Shown: piece by piece, positions 22,224 to 34,300 of the stretch
How positions within the stretch are numbered: position 1 is the first letter of the stretch
Layout: the number at the start of each line of letters is the position of its first letter
From: Hyphochytrium catenoides
Taxonomy: Eukaryota; Protista; Hyphochytriomycota
Assembly (NCBI GenBank): GCA_900088475.1
Contig: FLMG01000787.1
Coordinates: forward strand, 62,001 to 126,000
Reading direction: 5' to 3'
DNA length: 64,000 nt
Translations under genes and position numbers: made by a program
The notes under the pieces: generated by a model
Told to the model about the DNA's origin: nothing
Database searches by the model: none
Seen by the model: the letters and a program-made list of their open reading frames with translations, nothing else

Positions 22224-25107
22224 ATGACGTTCCGGAGACCCTCTATTGGCGTCTTTGCCATCTTTCTCCTAAGCCAGGCCCTGCCATCGCAAGTGCAGTC
22301 AGGGCTAGGCTTAGTGGGCGTTGGAGCACAGGCTCCGTTCGAATGGGATGCATACACCTTTGGCAATGGCTCAGTAGCGGCTCCGATTCAGATAGACGCC
22401 TTTGTAGACTTGGTAGGTAGCTCGTAGCATTCTCGTCTGTTAACGATCGCACTGTACAACCCAAGAGGTTGGCTCTGCCAATCGCCCCTCTACCGCATGC
22501 CATACCTGGCTCTTAGGCCCTTTTCGCTGTTGTCTACTGAAAGTGGATCCTTTAGCTCATCATCAGATGTTGAGATTCGTAACTGTCTGCTTGTAGCTTT
22601 GCCCAGACTGCAAAGCAGCCCACCCGACAATGTTGAAGGTTATTCAACACTATGGAGATGACACTGTGCGCCTTCGTTTCCATCTATTCCCTCTACCATA
22701 CCATCAGCATGCCTACTCGGTAGCAAACGCTGCAGTTACGATCACCGGGGCTTTGGGTCCCACAGCATTTGTGCCATGGATGGAAGCCATGTACAAATAC
22801 CAAGAGCAGTAAGCCCTTCTATGATACTTCTGTTCTCTGCCCATTTTGCCTTATCGCGTCGCAGCGCAATGCTCTTATGTGCTGACTGGCACCATCTACC
22901 ACGCTATAGTACCTTCCTCCCCACCTTCATTCGAACGCTTTCAGACACTGGTGGGAGCTACTTTTGTTCCTGCTTTCCTTGGCAATGAGGTTTATACACA
23001 TAGAAGTTTCCCTTAACCCTAAGTGCCAAGGTTTTGGAACCAGGCCACTGAGCATTTTGGCCAATCGGAGGTCACGGAGGAGCTAGGGAAGATCGCCCTA
23101 CGCCTCTTCCCAAAGCTCACCCGACGACAGTGGAAGGAAGGGATGAGTGGACACGGAGGAACTGAGAGCGATGGTCGCACGAGGATGTCCTGGAAATATG
23201 CTTGTTACAGGGGAGTGACAGGTGATTACTTCTGCTATTACTCCGCTAAATGGGGAGCCTTCTGCCGAAACTTGTTTGATTGCTCATGACTCAGTCCATA
23301 AGTAGTTGTTTGAGGTCTGCTGCCACTCGCCAACCTTCACTTTTAAAGTTTTTGCTGACTGACTCTGCTGTGGCAGGTACTCCTACATTCTTCGTTAATG
23401 ATGTTGTGACTACCGCGGGCCCAGATTGGACGCTGGAGGATTGGAAAGCATTGATAGACAAGCTCTTGGCAGGAAAAGAGGAGGATAAGGTAGACGCATT
23501 TCTGTTCAAAAGAAGATCCACGGTCTCCTCGCACTGGCGAGTTCATGTACTCTGTGGCTTTCCTTTCTATTCCTTCCCCAAAGTTTATTAGTCCTTGAAC
23601 CTTTTCTCTTGTCAGATGTTGAGCCTAAGAGCAGAAAGGACATCGGCTGGCAAAGGAATGTCGGAGCCATACCTTATTGATGACATTCATTCCGTCACGA
23701 CTGCCCACAAGTCCTCTGTGGCTGAGCGTCGCGAGTATCTTACCAGTCAGAATGGCGGTAGGGTTGCCACATCATACAAAGGCTTATATCCTCTACCGAA
23801 GTGAATGATATTCTGCGCCTAAAGAAGGGGACGATACGGATACCTTTAAACTGTGAGCCTCTATGCTAACTAATGTCTCTTGCTAGTGGTTGAGCGAGGG
23901 AAGTACAAGAGCAAGACGGAGCAATGGAGCAATGGAGACTCTGTCATGAAGGAAAAAGAGAGAGTTCAGAGCCAAAACGAGAAAGGCGGTTATGCAAATA
24001 GTTACCTCTCCAGGTCCAATGCCGTCAGCATAACCTACTCCATATCCTGTCTTACTTACTCACAACATTCAAATTTTTCATTCTGTACCTCAGATCACAA
24101 AGCGTGCAAGACGGGGACTTAGAGGCCAAACAAAGCGCTTATCGTCGCAATGTGACATCGGAGGGAGACGAAGTGATTTACTCCAGCAAGGGAAAACTGA
24201 CTGCGACAGCCGATGGGAAGACGACTCTCTCCGAGCACGAAAGAGCCGATTCGCATTTGTCTTCAAGAACGGATGGCTGGGCAGAACAAGACACTGTGCA
24301 AAAGACGGATACTTCCAGCGGTGACTATGAGATCGCTACATCTGGTCGCTCTGAGACCCGAGGAGAACATGGCGCGTACCTTAAAACTTCAGTTCACGCC
24401 TATGACGCTGCGAAGGATGGAGAGCACAAGGCAGTAGCTCATGCCCGGACGGAGGCACGACAAGGAAAAGATGGTAGTATACCCTCAGCTCTTCTGACCT
24501 TGTCTCTATTGCTTCTTACAGTCCTGTGGCCCCATTCTTACGAGTGGACTTAGGCCTGACATGTGCGGCAGCTACCACCTTTCTCCTTTGTTCGTGTACC
24601 TCTCGTCATTGATTCTGTTTAACCCCCTTCTCTAACCTTTAGCTGGACGGTACATGAGTGCATCGGGTGCGATGGGCAACTTTTTCTCCTAACTCACGAC
24701 ATCGGCGCATTCCAAATTGTTTGTTCGCTAGGGCCGGTCATTATATACGATGAACAAAGGGCTCAGCTGGAGAAGCCAAACGGCGAAGAGTACGCAGTAG
24801 CACGGGCGCTCACGGAGAAAATAGACCCAAATGGGACAACAGACACTTTCATTAGAACGCTGCAGGAGGTGAATGGAAAGGAGGAAGAGTCCTTCACCGA
24901 AATAGTCAGCACCGCAGGCGGTGAGTTCTCGCCATCGCGTTCCTTTTCCGATATCGACTTATCATCTACGTTCATCCGCTAGAGGAGATGAGACAAGAAG
25001 ATGGTACACAGACATCCGGTAGTCAGGACAGCACATCGGCTGAAGAAGTAAAAGTCGCAGTCGACCCAGCCTGGCTTCAACGCTTGTGGAAGCCCTTTCG
25101 CGTTTAG
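22224..25107 (+). CDS. Secreted DsbA-like thioredoxin (CPDC), apparently spliced to a Ser/Thr/Glu/Gly-rich C-terminal region of more than 300 aa
   Basis: Signal peptide, IDAFVDL|LCPDCKAAHP, FPLPYHQHAY, WKYACYRGVT|GTPTFFVN. Further GT-AG introns keep the frame to ...WLQRLWKPFRV* at 25107. The part after ~23617 could be a separate gene. Confidence 0.7.
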
Positions 25108-25395
25108 GTCATGAAAGAGTAGTACGAACGGAAGAAGAGACTCCTACGCTGGTCCGCAGAGTTGAGTTCAATGACTCTTTCCCTCCAAAGTGGGCTTCAA
25201 TAGGCTTCTTGGGAATCTAAAGCTGGAATTCGCACAGTCTTTGGGCTTCAGAAGTTTTAAAGCTTCTGCTTCTTCTCTGGTGGGAGGGTTGCTTTCTTCT
25301 CGCTCACTTCCTAAGTCAAGGCGACAAGAAGAGTCCTTACTACGGTTCATGTACACGCTAGTAATTCTGTAAATTTTACCTCGTCAGAGCTATCC

Positions 25396-25846
25396 TCACC
25401 CCCATGGTCCCCAGGTAACTCAAAGACATCCAATTCTTCCGTCGTAGAGCCAGGATCAACAAGTAGCGCTGTTAGAGCTGCACCAGCCTCTTTACGAGCG
25501 TTCTATGGCAATGTATTAGTAAAGATTGCATAAATGTTTGAGCGAGAAAGGAATTGGCTACAACCTGTAGTGCGGTGAGGAACACTGCCATGTCCCCCTC
25601 AACTTTTAGGGCTGGAAGCATGCCATGGTCATGCCGTCCACTAAGACGCACGAGTTAGCATTGGTCCCAATGGTCAATGAAGTCCCATGGGGCCTCTTAC
25701 CTGTACAAATAGCTATAGCTGGAGGTCGTATCCTGGGGTTTGGCATACTGAGCCTCAGAAGGAAACCAGGACCCAGAGTAGACTTCCTTTCCATCTATCC
25801 TCACAGCCTGCGAGATCCCAACAGGAACACTCTCCGAGCTGTCCAT
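25396..25846 (-). CDS. Small hypothetical protein (~108 aa), 3 exons
   Basis: MDSSESVPVG...SYLYS|GRHDHGMLPALKVEGDMAVFLTALQ|NARKEAGAALTALL..., with two frame-preserving GT-AG introns carrying CTAAC/CTAAT branch points. Confidence 0.55.
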
Positions 25847-26435
25847 TAGTCTGCAGCAACGGTCGCCCACCGCGCTTCGCGGGCCTGTCAGACGTATACG
25901 TACGAGAGAGTTGGCTCCCTTCTGCTCGCTCTTCTGCTGCAACTTTGAAGAGGAACTTGACGAAGCGGCGACGCTTTTGATGCTCTCAGCTCTTGGGCTG
26001 GCTCTGTATCTCTCCCTAGAAGTTGGCAGAAGAGAAGCAGAAGAAAGGCTCAGAATTGTATCAACAAAGACGACAATAATAGAAAGCCTACCGTCAGGTA
26101 ATTTGCATATGATAACCTCATACCTTAGAGGATCCTTCTTACATATATAGCTACGTATAAGGTGCCATATTTATTATACTTGCCTCCCACTAAAGCGACA
26201 ATGTTATGCCTACGGTTTTCCCAGACGAACTCCAGGACTCGTTTGCGATGTAATTTGTCTCCAGGCGTGGACACCTGGACAAAGCAGACGCCAGACAAAG
26301 GCACAGGCGGTCAGAAGAAGAAGGAGCGATCTCGTCAGAAGCCTGCACAAGAGATCTGCCGCCGGCTTCGAGACTGCTTTGTCAGGCAAGGCCTCAGCTG
26401 CAGGTGCTTTTACCTCTTGCAGGAGTATCAAAAGC

Positions 26436-27426
26436 ATGGAAGGTGCCAAAGAGCTATCTGAAGAGGAGTTAAAGGCTTTAGAAGCGAAGCCAGATGCCGT
26501 TCCGGCTGCACAAACCACAGATGCGCCCTTTGATGAGGCAACCAAGAAGATGGTACAGAAGATACCGCTTCTGACCATCAGGGCAGGGCCGCGAGACGGT
26601 GCCAAGTGGATTGAAAGGCTAAAGGAGGAGTACAAAGCACTCATCACGGTCAGTGCAGCTCTTGAGCACCAACTACTGGGTCCATTCGGCATGTCCCGTC
26701 TAAGTTGCTAGATTGCATAGGCTGTAAAGATAAACAAGGATGCAGACAATGATTGGTTTCACATTGAGTCTAACAAGACAGGCACACGATGGCAGGGGAA
26801 GTGTTGGACTTTCCACGAGGGCCTGCGCTACGAGTTTGATTTGGAGTTTGAGGTCAGGGCTCTATTGATCTCGTTAGTTCTTACGTCTGGTAGCGGCCAC
26901 TGTTTTGTCAGCGGGAGCCTCCTTTCCTGTCCTTCTATCCTGGCTATCTCCCTTCTCTATACTGTGGAGGCCTCTGCCTCCTGAAGCGGACTCTGACGTT
27001 CTCAAACTCAACTAAGGCCAGTCTTCACCGTAATCTTGTAGATTCCAGTCACTTATCCGGTCACCAACCCGGACTTGTGCATTCCAGAGCTTGAAGGGAA
27101 GACCTCAAAGATGTACCGGTAAGTTAAACGAGGATAATGCCGCTTAGCACTTATTGATCGGCAGTGCGGACTATGCTCATGTGTCTCTCTTGCAGGGGAG
27201 GGAAGATTTGCCTGACAATTCACTTCCAGCCCTTATGGCAGCGGAATGTCCCTCGGTTTGGCATAGCTCATGCCTTGACATTAGGGGTAAGCCATCCCTG
27301 CCTCGCGTTGGGTTCTCTAAGATGTACGACGTTTAAATCAACTTCTCATCTTCCTCCTAGTTGGCGCCTTGGTTGGCGGCTGAGGTGCCAGATCTGGTAC
27401 AGCGTGGCGTCATCGCACCCAAGTAG
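26436..27426 (+). CDS. UFC1: Ufm1-conjugating enzyme 1, 5 exons
   Basis: [51 protein letters not shown]...[12 protein letters not shown]|[27 protein letters not shown]|[10 protein letters not shown]. Confidence 0.97.
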
Positions 27427-28477
27427 GTCTCCAGAGATGATTCTATTGATAATTTATTCAAAAGGCAATGAGGAGCAGCGACAACAGTCGTGTCACTTTT
27501 TCCATTGGGACGAGTGCACGGTCTTGCTTGGTTAAGGAGAATGGCTATACTTGTTCAAGGAGAGAGAGCAGCGGAATATATCGTCGCCTAGAAGAGACTG
27601 AGGTGCTCCCAAACTATCACAAGCACACCGTGAGACAGCTACATACTTATTAGTCCTGAATACTTTCTCTGAGTCTGTTCAAACAGGCCTTCTTGCTAAA
27701 CCATCGATGAATGTGTCTTACTTGCGAGAAAACTTGCAGCTGCAACAGATCCTGCCCTGTATTCGTTGCAGGGATGACATGGCAAGCTATGCACAGTGGG
27801 AGTCCCTCGCGGGCTAAGAGCACACAAAACCTTAGCTAGAAAGAAAGGCGATATAACGCATTCTACTAGACCGGCGCGGTAGTACGCATCATAAATCTAC
27901 CTTTCCTTGCACCTCGAGCATGTAGCAAAGCGGACCAATGAGCTACACCAAGTCACCCTAGCCCACTCCTAGTCTGCATGAACCTCTGCCATCATTAGAC
28001 AACCGAGTAAGTAAGGCCGACCTACACTGCCCGCCGGCCTGCCAGCGACTTGGATGAGATGCACTCATCAGCTCACATCATCAGATCAGAATATCCAGAG
28101 CTTCAAAGCCAGCAGCCACTATAGCCGTTAGCGGTTAGTGAAGGTTGGCCTCTAGATATACTCCCTTTACGGGTCAAGCTGACAACACAGCCCATGTAAT
28201 CTATAAACATGGGAGCTGTGGCTTCTGATGACCTCGCGCGTAAGGGACAGACGCTTGTGATGGAAGTTGCACTTTCCCTTGCCGTACTTTTCAGGAGCAG
28301 ATGCATTTTTACCTCACGGAGCTTCGGCGCCAAATGAAGATTATCGCGTCATCAGCCCCAACCCATGTGACCGAGCCGATACCTGGCGTGAGAGTGGAAC
28401 CTGCAAGAAGCTCCAGGACTGTCCAGGCTCCGAGTTAGTTGACTGACAGGGACCGCAAGGCCGTGCAGGGGGACAAA

Positions 28478-30913
28478 ATGCAGAGGGGAGGGCGTGGTGC
28501 CTTACCTGATTACAGCTCTATTGCTCTGAGTTCGGAATCAACCTATGGCAGAGGTGAATATACATATGACGTGAATGGAGTCAATGGCTCAGGCTCTGCT
28601 GGGAGACGAAGAGTTGGGAAGGCCATCTATATTAGGCCTGTAAATTATCCTCGGCTGGTCCTCGGCACACTCATTATCGGAGGGCTGCTGAGCCTATTCA
28701 GCTCAACCTTGCGCTGTATTGCAGTGGTCCTTACTATATGTGTCCTTGGAGCTATCTTCTCACACTTCCTGTCTGCTTGGGTGCTTTCTTATGATGATGG
28801 CACGCCAGAGATGAGGGAGGTGTCCAACCCTATTCGCGAGGGAGCTGAGGGCTTTCTCCGCGTCCAGTATCATGCAATCTCAAGATTTGCAGCCCTCTTG
28901 GCCGTCCTTATATTCCTCAGTTACAACCTGAGGCACACGAGTCTGCATCCCAAAGGAGTGGAGCTTCTGGGAAACACCCTATTGGGCTTTCTGGGAGGTG
29001 TCTCTTTCCTCCTTGGAGCTCTTTGTTCCGCGATGGCAGGCTACATTAGCATGTGGGTCTCCGCACACAGCAATATAAGAGTAGCGAGCGCCGCGAGACG
29101 GTCCTACGGAGAGGCATTTTTGGTTTGCTTTCGGGGTGGAGCGTTCTCAGCTGTGCTGGACATCACCCTATGTGTCTTTGGCGTTACCGTGCTTTACTTC
29201 CTCAATTATCTGGTCTTCGTACCGTATCTAAAGCCTACCGATGTACCAATGCTCATGGTTGGATATGGGTTCGGCGCGTCCTTTGTAGCTCTGTTCATGC
29301 AGCTAGGAGGAGGGATCTATACAAAGGCCGCCGACGTTGGAGCAGACTTAGTTGGTAAGGTCGAGGTGGGCATTCCTGAGGACGACCCAAGAAATCCTGC
29401 AGTGATCGCGGATTTGGTCGGCGATATGGTTGGCGACTGTGTCGGTAGCAGTGCGGATGTCTTTGAGAGCGTAGCTGCGGAGATCATCGGTGCCATGATA
29501 CTTGGAGGATCTCTGGCGGACGAGGCCAACTTGCTGAACCCTGTAGCGTTTGTCTTCTTCCCAATTGTGGTGCATGCCTTCGACATCCTGGTCAGTACAG
29601 CAGGGATCCTCGTAGTGAAGTCTCCAGAAAGCAAGGCTGGTGATCATAACCCAATGACAGAGATGCAAAAGGGTTATGTTCTCTCACTCATTCTAGCATT
29701 TTTTGGCTTTATGTTGACTACCCGATGGCTTCTCTATGTCCCCACCGCGCCTAATGCCTGGTTCCACTTCTTCCTTTGCGGCGTAGTGGGCATGGTGACG
29801 GCATACGTTTTCGTCCGGAGTACTCAGTATTATACCGACTATGCATATCCGCCCGTTAGAAGCATCGCTCACGCAAGTACTACTGGACATGGGACTAACA
29901 TCATCACAGGCGTGTCAGTGGGGATGAAGTCGACTGTCGCCCCCACTATCATGGTCTGCATAGCCGTTATCACAGCTTATCACCTAGGCCAATCTTCCGG
30001 CCTAGGAGAAGGTCGTAATGCTGGTCTCTTCGGTACTGCTGTGGCCACAATGGGGATGCTGTCTTCGGCTGTGTACGTACTCTCCATGAATAACTTCGGC
30101 CCTATTGCGGACAACGCCGGAGGAATAGTGGAAATGAGTCGGCAGGCCGAATACGTACGAGATGCCACAGACAAGCTAGATGCCGCCGGAAATGTGACGA
30201 AGGCTGTTACAAAGGGCTACTCAATTGGCTCAGCATCTCTGGCATGTTTCCTTCTTTTTGGTGCTTTTATGGACGAGTTCTCTGAGTTCGCGGGACGAGA
30301 GTTCAAGGTCGTAGACATTGCCGTGCCTGAGGTACTAGTCGGCGGCTTGTTGGGCACAATGATGGTCTTTTATTTTACGGGACTGACGGTAGCTGCAGTG
30401 GGCAAGGCAGCGGGGGAAGTCGTTAATGAGGTGCGGAGACAATTTAGGGAGCACCCCGGCATCATGGACTACAAGGAGCGACCAGACTTCAAGTCCTGCG
30501 TGGCCCTGGTCACCAAAGCGGCCCTTAGAGAGATGGTTCTTCCCGGAATGTTTGCTGTTCTGATGCCAGTGACGGTAGGATTAGTATTCCGAGTCATTGG
30601 GTCATACACCGCGCGTCCTATGCTGGGTGCGGAAGTACTTGCCGGTTATTTAATGTTCGGCACAGTGACAGGCGTGATGATGGCCCTCTTCCTCGATAAC
30701 GTGGGAGGGGCATGGGATAATGCCAAGAAATATGTAGAGTTAGGAAACTATGGAGGGAAGGGTAGCGAGGCTCACAAAGCAGCTGTTACTGGCGACACAG
30801 TGGGTGATCCGTTCAAGGACACTGCAGGCCCAAGTTTGCACGTAGTGATCAAGCTTCTATCTACAACCGTCCTCGTCTTGGGCCCACTTTTCGTCGTCCG
30901 CTTGGACTCATAA
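28478..30913 (+). CDS. Membrane H+-translocating pyrophosphatase, K+-independent (type II, AVP2-like), intronless
   Basis: GGGIYTKAADVGADLVGKVE, IPEDDPRNPAVIADLVGD, GPIADNAGG, GNVTKAVTKG (Lys at the K+-dependence position), GGAWDNAKK, GDTVGDPFKDTAGPS. Confidence 0.97.
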   Translation: MQRGGRGALPDYSSIALSSESTYGRGEYTYDVNGVNGSGSAGRRRVGKAIYIRPVNYPRLVLGTLIIGGLLSLFSSTLRCIAVVLTICVLGAIFSHFLSAWVLSYDDGTPEMREVSNPIREGAEGFLRVQYHAISRFAALLAVLIFLSYNLRHTSLHPKGVELLGNTLLGFLGGVSFLLGALCSAMAGYISMWVSAHSNIRVASAARRSYGEAFLVCFRGGAFSAVLDITLCVFGVTVLYFLNYLVFVPYLKPTDVPMLMVGYGFGASFVALFMQLGGGIYTKAADVGADLVGKVEVGIPEDDPRNPAVIADLVGDMVGDCVGSSADVFESVAAEIIGAMILGGSLADEANLLNPVAFVFFPIVVHAFDILVSTAGILVVKSPESKAGDHNPMTEMQKGYVLSLILAFFGFMLTTRWLLYVPTAPNAWFHFFLCGVVGMVTAYVFVRSTQYYTDYAYPPVRSIAHASTTGHGTNIITGVSVGMKSTVAPTIMVCIAVITAYHLGQSSGLGEGRNAGLFGTAVATMGMLSSAVYVLSMNNFGPIADNAGGIVEMSRQAEYVRDATDKLDAAGNVTKAVTKGYSIGSASLACFLLFGAFMDEFSEFAGREFKVVDIAVPEVLVGGLLGTMMVFYFTGLTVAAVGKAAGEVVNEVRRQFREHPGIMDYKERPDFKSCVALVTKAALREMVLPGMFAVLMPVTVGLVFRVIGSYTARPMLGAEVLAGYLMFGTVTGVMMALFLDNVGGAWDNAKKYVELGNYGGKGSEAHKAAVTGDTVGDPFKDTAGPSLHVVIKLLSTTVLVLGPLFVVRLDS

Positions 30914-31344
30914 AACGCACGCAGTAATGCACCATTTCATCTTCACCCCTTTGCTTCATGCCTCTTCTCTCTGAAAGACTGTAAATAGCACCCTAGCTAG
31001 CAAGTTCTTTCGCTTGAGCGCCTTGGTCACCAGGGTACGAATGTCTTTCTCGGGCTCCCCTCATCACGGTTCCGTGGTCTGAGTCTTGAACCTGACCTCA
31101 ATCTTCTTACGCCTGCTTGATTCTAAGGGTCTAGCAGATCTCTGAAGAGCGAAAGATAAGCGTAGCACTTGCCATTGGCGGAGACTTCCTTGAACTCCAG
31201 AGCTTCTGATGCTAAGTATATAAGTATTATACCATTATCGTCGAACGATTTCTCGCCCAAGATCTTTCCTGGCTCTGTCTGCTCTCAGTCAGGCGATAGC
31301 AGATAGTCGAAGTCTGCGACGCAATGACAGGGAGCTGGAAAAGG

Positions 31345-34300
31345 TTAGAGCACAGCCATCACAGGCTCCAAAACTGTGGGCTCATTGCTCCTGAGTTCCC
31401 AGAGCATAATGCATCCGTCCTTCTTGCCCGCACTCAGGAGGAAACGATTGTCAGCCGTGAACTTGATGGCAGTAGCTCCTCCTCTGTGCCTCTCCTCACT
31501 CCTTCGATCGCCGTGCTAGACATAAGAAGAGGCATTAGCCACAAAACCGTCATAGGTTGCCAGAGAGAAACAGAGAAGTGGATTAGAGACGTAGACGTTA
31601 AATGAAAGAGACAATATAGTGACACCTAGAGTTGAACTGGGGGAAAAGGGCTGTTAAGACAGGTAGAGGCTCTGTCTTCGTGCAGAGCATTACCTTGCGA
31701 TCTATACAGGGGTTCCTTGTGACTTCCACTTGCCCTGCCTCGTTACACGCGGCGATGAGTTCCACCCGGCCATTCAGAGGATTAGGATAGCTGAAGTCAA
31801 TTGAGGAGATGGCCCCGGACCGCTCTTGGGAGACGTTACTGGGCCATAAGCCTAAGGGTTCCGAACGATAGCAGTGGGAAGAGTCACAAGATGTAATGAC
31901 GAAGAGGCAGAAGCGAAAAGCAATGCCAAGAGAGATGATGAGCTAGAGGAGGTGGAAGGTAGGTAGTATGGGATCGGTTGGCGCTAGGCAGAGGCAGTCA
32001 GGTCGGGTGCGATAGAGACAGAGGCAACGTGTTGGCAGGAAATCGACGTTGCCGCTCTCTAACAGAATACTGACTCATTAAGAAGGGTATGGATAGCATC
32101 GGCTAGCTGAAAAGACCAGAAAAAAGGGTACTCAGACAACATATCCTTGACCCCGTGGATAAAACTTCTCACAGCCGCACCTTGCACAGTCCAGCCTGCA
32201 GGGAGACATGAACGGTGCCACACTGCGTCCTTACAAGTCTCCTGCTTCACCATCGCGCCATCCGTCACCGAATCTGTACGTGACCGAGGGTTGAAGGAGG
32301 TAGAGCGTCAGAGGGAGAGTAAAACTGAGGTTCTATCGGACGAAGTTTAGGCTAAAGAAGTGGTTGGGATGAGGGGCTGCCAACTCAAAATCAAGACGGT
32401 AAGACTCAGCTGTGGTGGCTGTCATGTCACTAGGATGAGCAATCACCCTCTGTGACGTCAAGATCAAAGAAGGTGGATAAGAAAGGCTAACCGACAACAA
32501 GTCCGAGGCGATGAAGGCTGCTTGGGGCACTCACAATAGTAAATGAGCTCATTGGACCGGGTAAGGCACTGGATGAACTTGCCACAAAGCGAGAAGTCAA
32601 AGTTCTTCACTTCTTCACCCACTGACTGGCTCTTCCAGAGAAGCTTGCCCTCGGCCGCCATGTCGTGGACATAGAGAGAGCCATCCTTAGAGGAAGCGGC
32701 AAGCAAGTGACCCTCAGGTGAAAACTTCAAATCTGTAATGCGAGACAGAGTCTTCCTGTCTTCGAAGCAGACTGACATCCCTGGGTATTCCAGCGCAAGC
32801 ACCTGGACGGTGAGAACAGCGAAAAGTGTCAGTAAGCGCCTTTAAAAGGAAGTGGTTGGAGCCCCTTTTGGAGATGATCGGCAGAAGCACTTTTCAAAGA
32901 TAAACGAGGAGGTGGGACACTCAGCATGACGTGGCGTGAGGTTCTCGGCCGGGACATCTTACCGCTCCATCCCTTCGCTGCTTAGATGTTCCGCTTTCTC
33001 CCTTGTCAGGTCCGCCCATACCAATTGCGATTTTCTTCCCGTCGGGGGACCAACAGACTGCTCTAGCTGGCGTCCCAACAAAGTAACAAGCTGTCACCCT
33101 TCGCTCTCGTATGCTCCATACTTTAAGGACGCCATCATCGCCAATGGAGCAAAAACAATCTGGGTCCGAAGGATGGCAGGAAAGGGCCCACAGCTCCCCT
33201 TGCATCTGACCCTGAGCTATCTTGGTGAGGGTCCCGCTTTCTCTGACGAACTCAAAGACTTCAGACTCTGCATTGATGAAAGAAGTGAGATGGGCTTAAG
33301 GAGAGCTAAAGCTTACTTAGAACAACGAGCGGGAGATGACCAGCAACTGAGCAAATGACGAGAGATTAGGACGACAGTATGGACGGAGGACACGTACCTC
33401 GCGTTGCGACAGCTACTTTTTTGCCTTGCGGATCCCAGCAAACTGAGGTGATAGCCATTGAGAATCCGCTGCTCACGTTTGCGGTTGGCTTCAAATCAAA
33501 CTCTCGCAGAAGTGTGAGATGACGGTTCCAAATTTTCAACATTCCATCTCTACCTCCAGTGACCAGCCCTGCGCCGATAAAACAAGAGGAGTGCCAAGTG
33601 GGACAAAAGGGAAGCAAAAGGAGAAGGATAAAATGAAGGCGAAGAACGGGATGTCGTTAGCTCCCATGTTTACATGCTGAGGAGGGAGAGAGGATACGCG
33701 ACATCAGGGAAAGGAAATAAAGCAGTGGAAATGTAGGAGAAAGGAGATCTTAAGGAAGACGAGCTGTGTTCGACCAATCTATTGTAAATGAGACGGAGCA
33801 GATGTGTCCTACCGTGTTCTGTGGCATGCATGGCCATAAGTGCCCTCGTGTGTGCGGCCACACTTTTCAACACTGACTTCTCCCCCCAGACATAGATGTC
33901 GCCCGTACTCATACCGGTCAGCACTACTTCACCCTCACCTTCCCTCAGCGAGGTGGCGCAGTAGGCCGTTAGCTTTTTGAAACGACGGCCAAAGTGACCG
34001 AAGTGGCAGAGAACGTGTTTCCCAGAGACAGAAAGGAAGGAGACTTGCTTCTGCCCACAGCAGACAGCCTCTCCACTCTCTACATAGTATTCTGGGTCAG
34101 AATGGAGGTGGTAGCCGAAGACAGTGCGTAAACGGTGTGACTGAGAGAGGAGAAGCATGCCAAGAGACCACTTGGGAACAGCTCCAGGTATCTGAGAAGG
34201 CAATCAATAGGCATGAAAGGAACAAGTGGCACTGGCAGGCAGCAGAGCAGTACAGACAGTGGAATGGGCTCTCTGGGGTTTAGAACTGTGCCCAAGCAGG

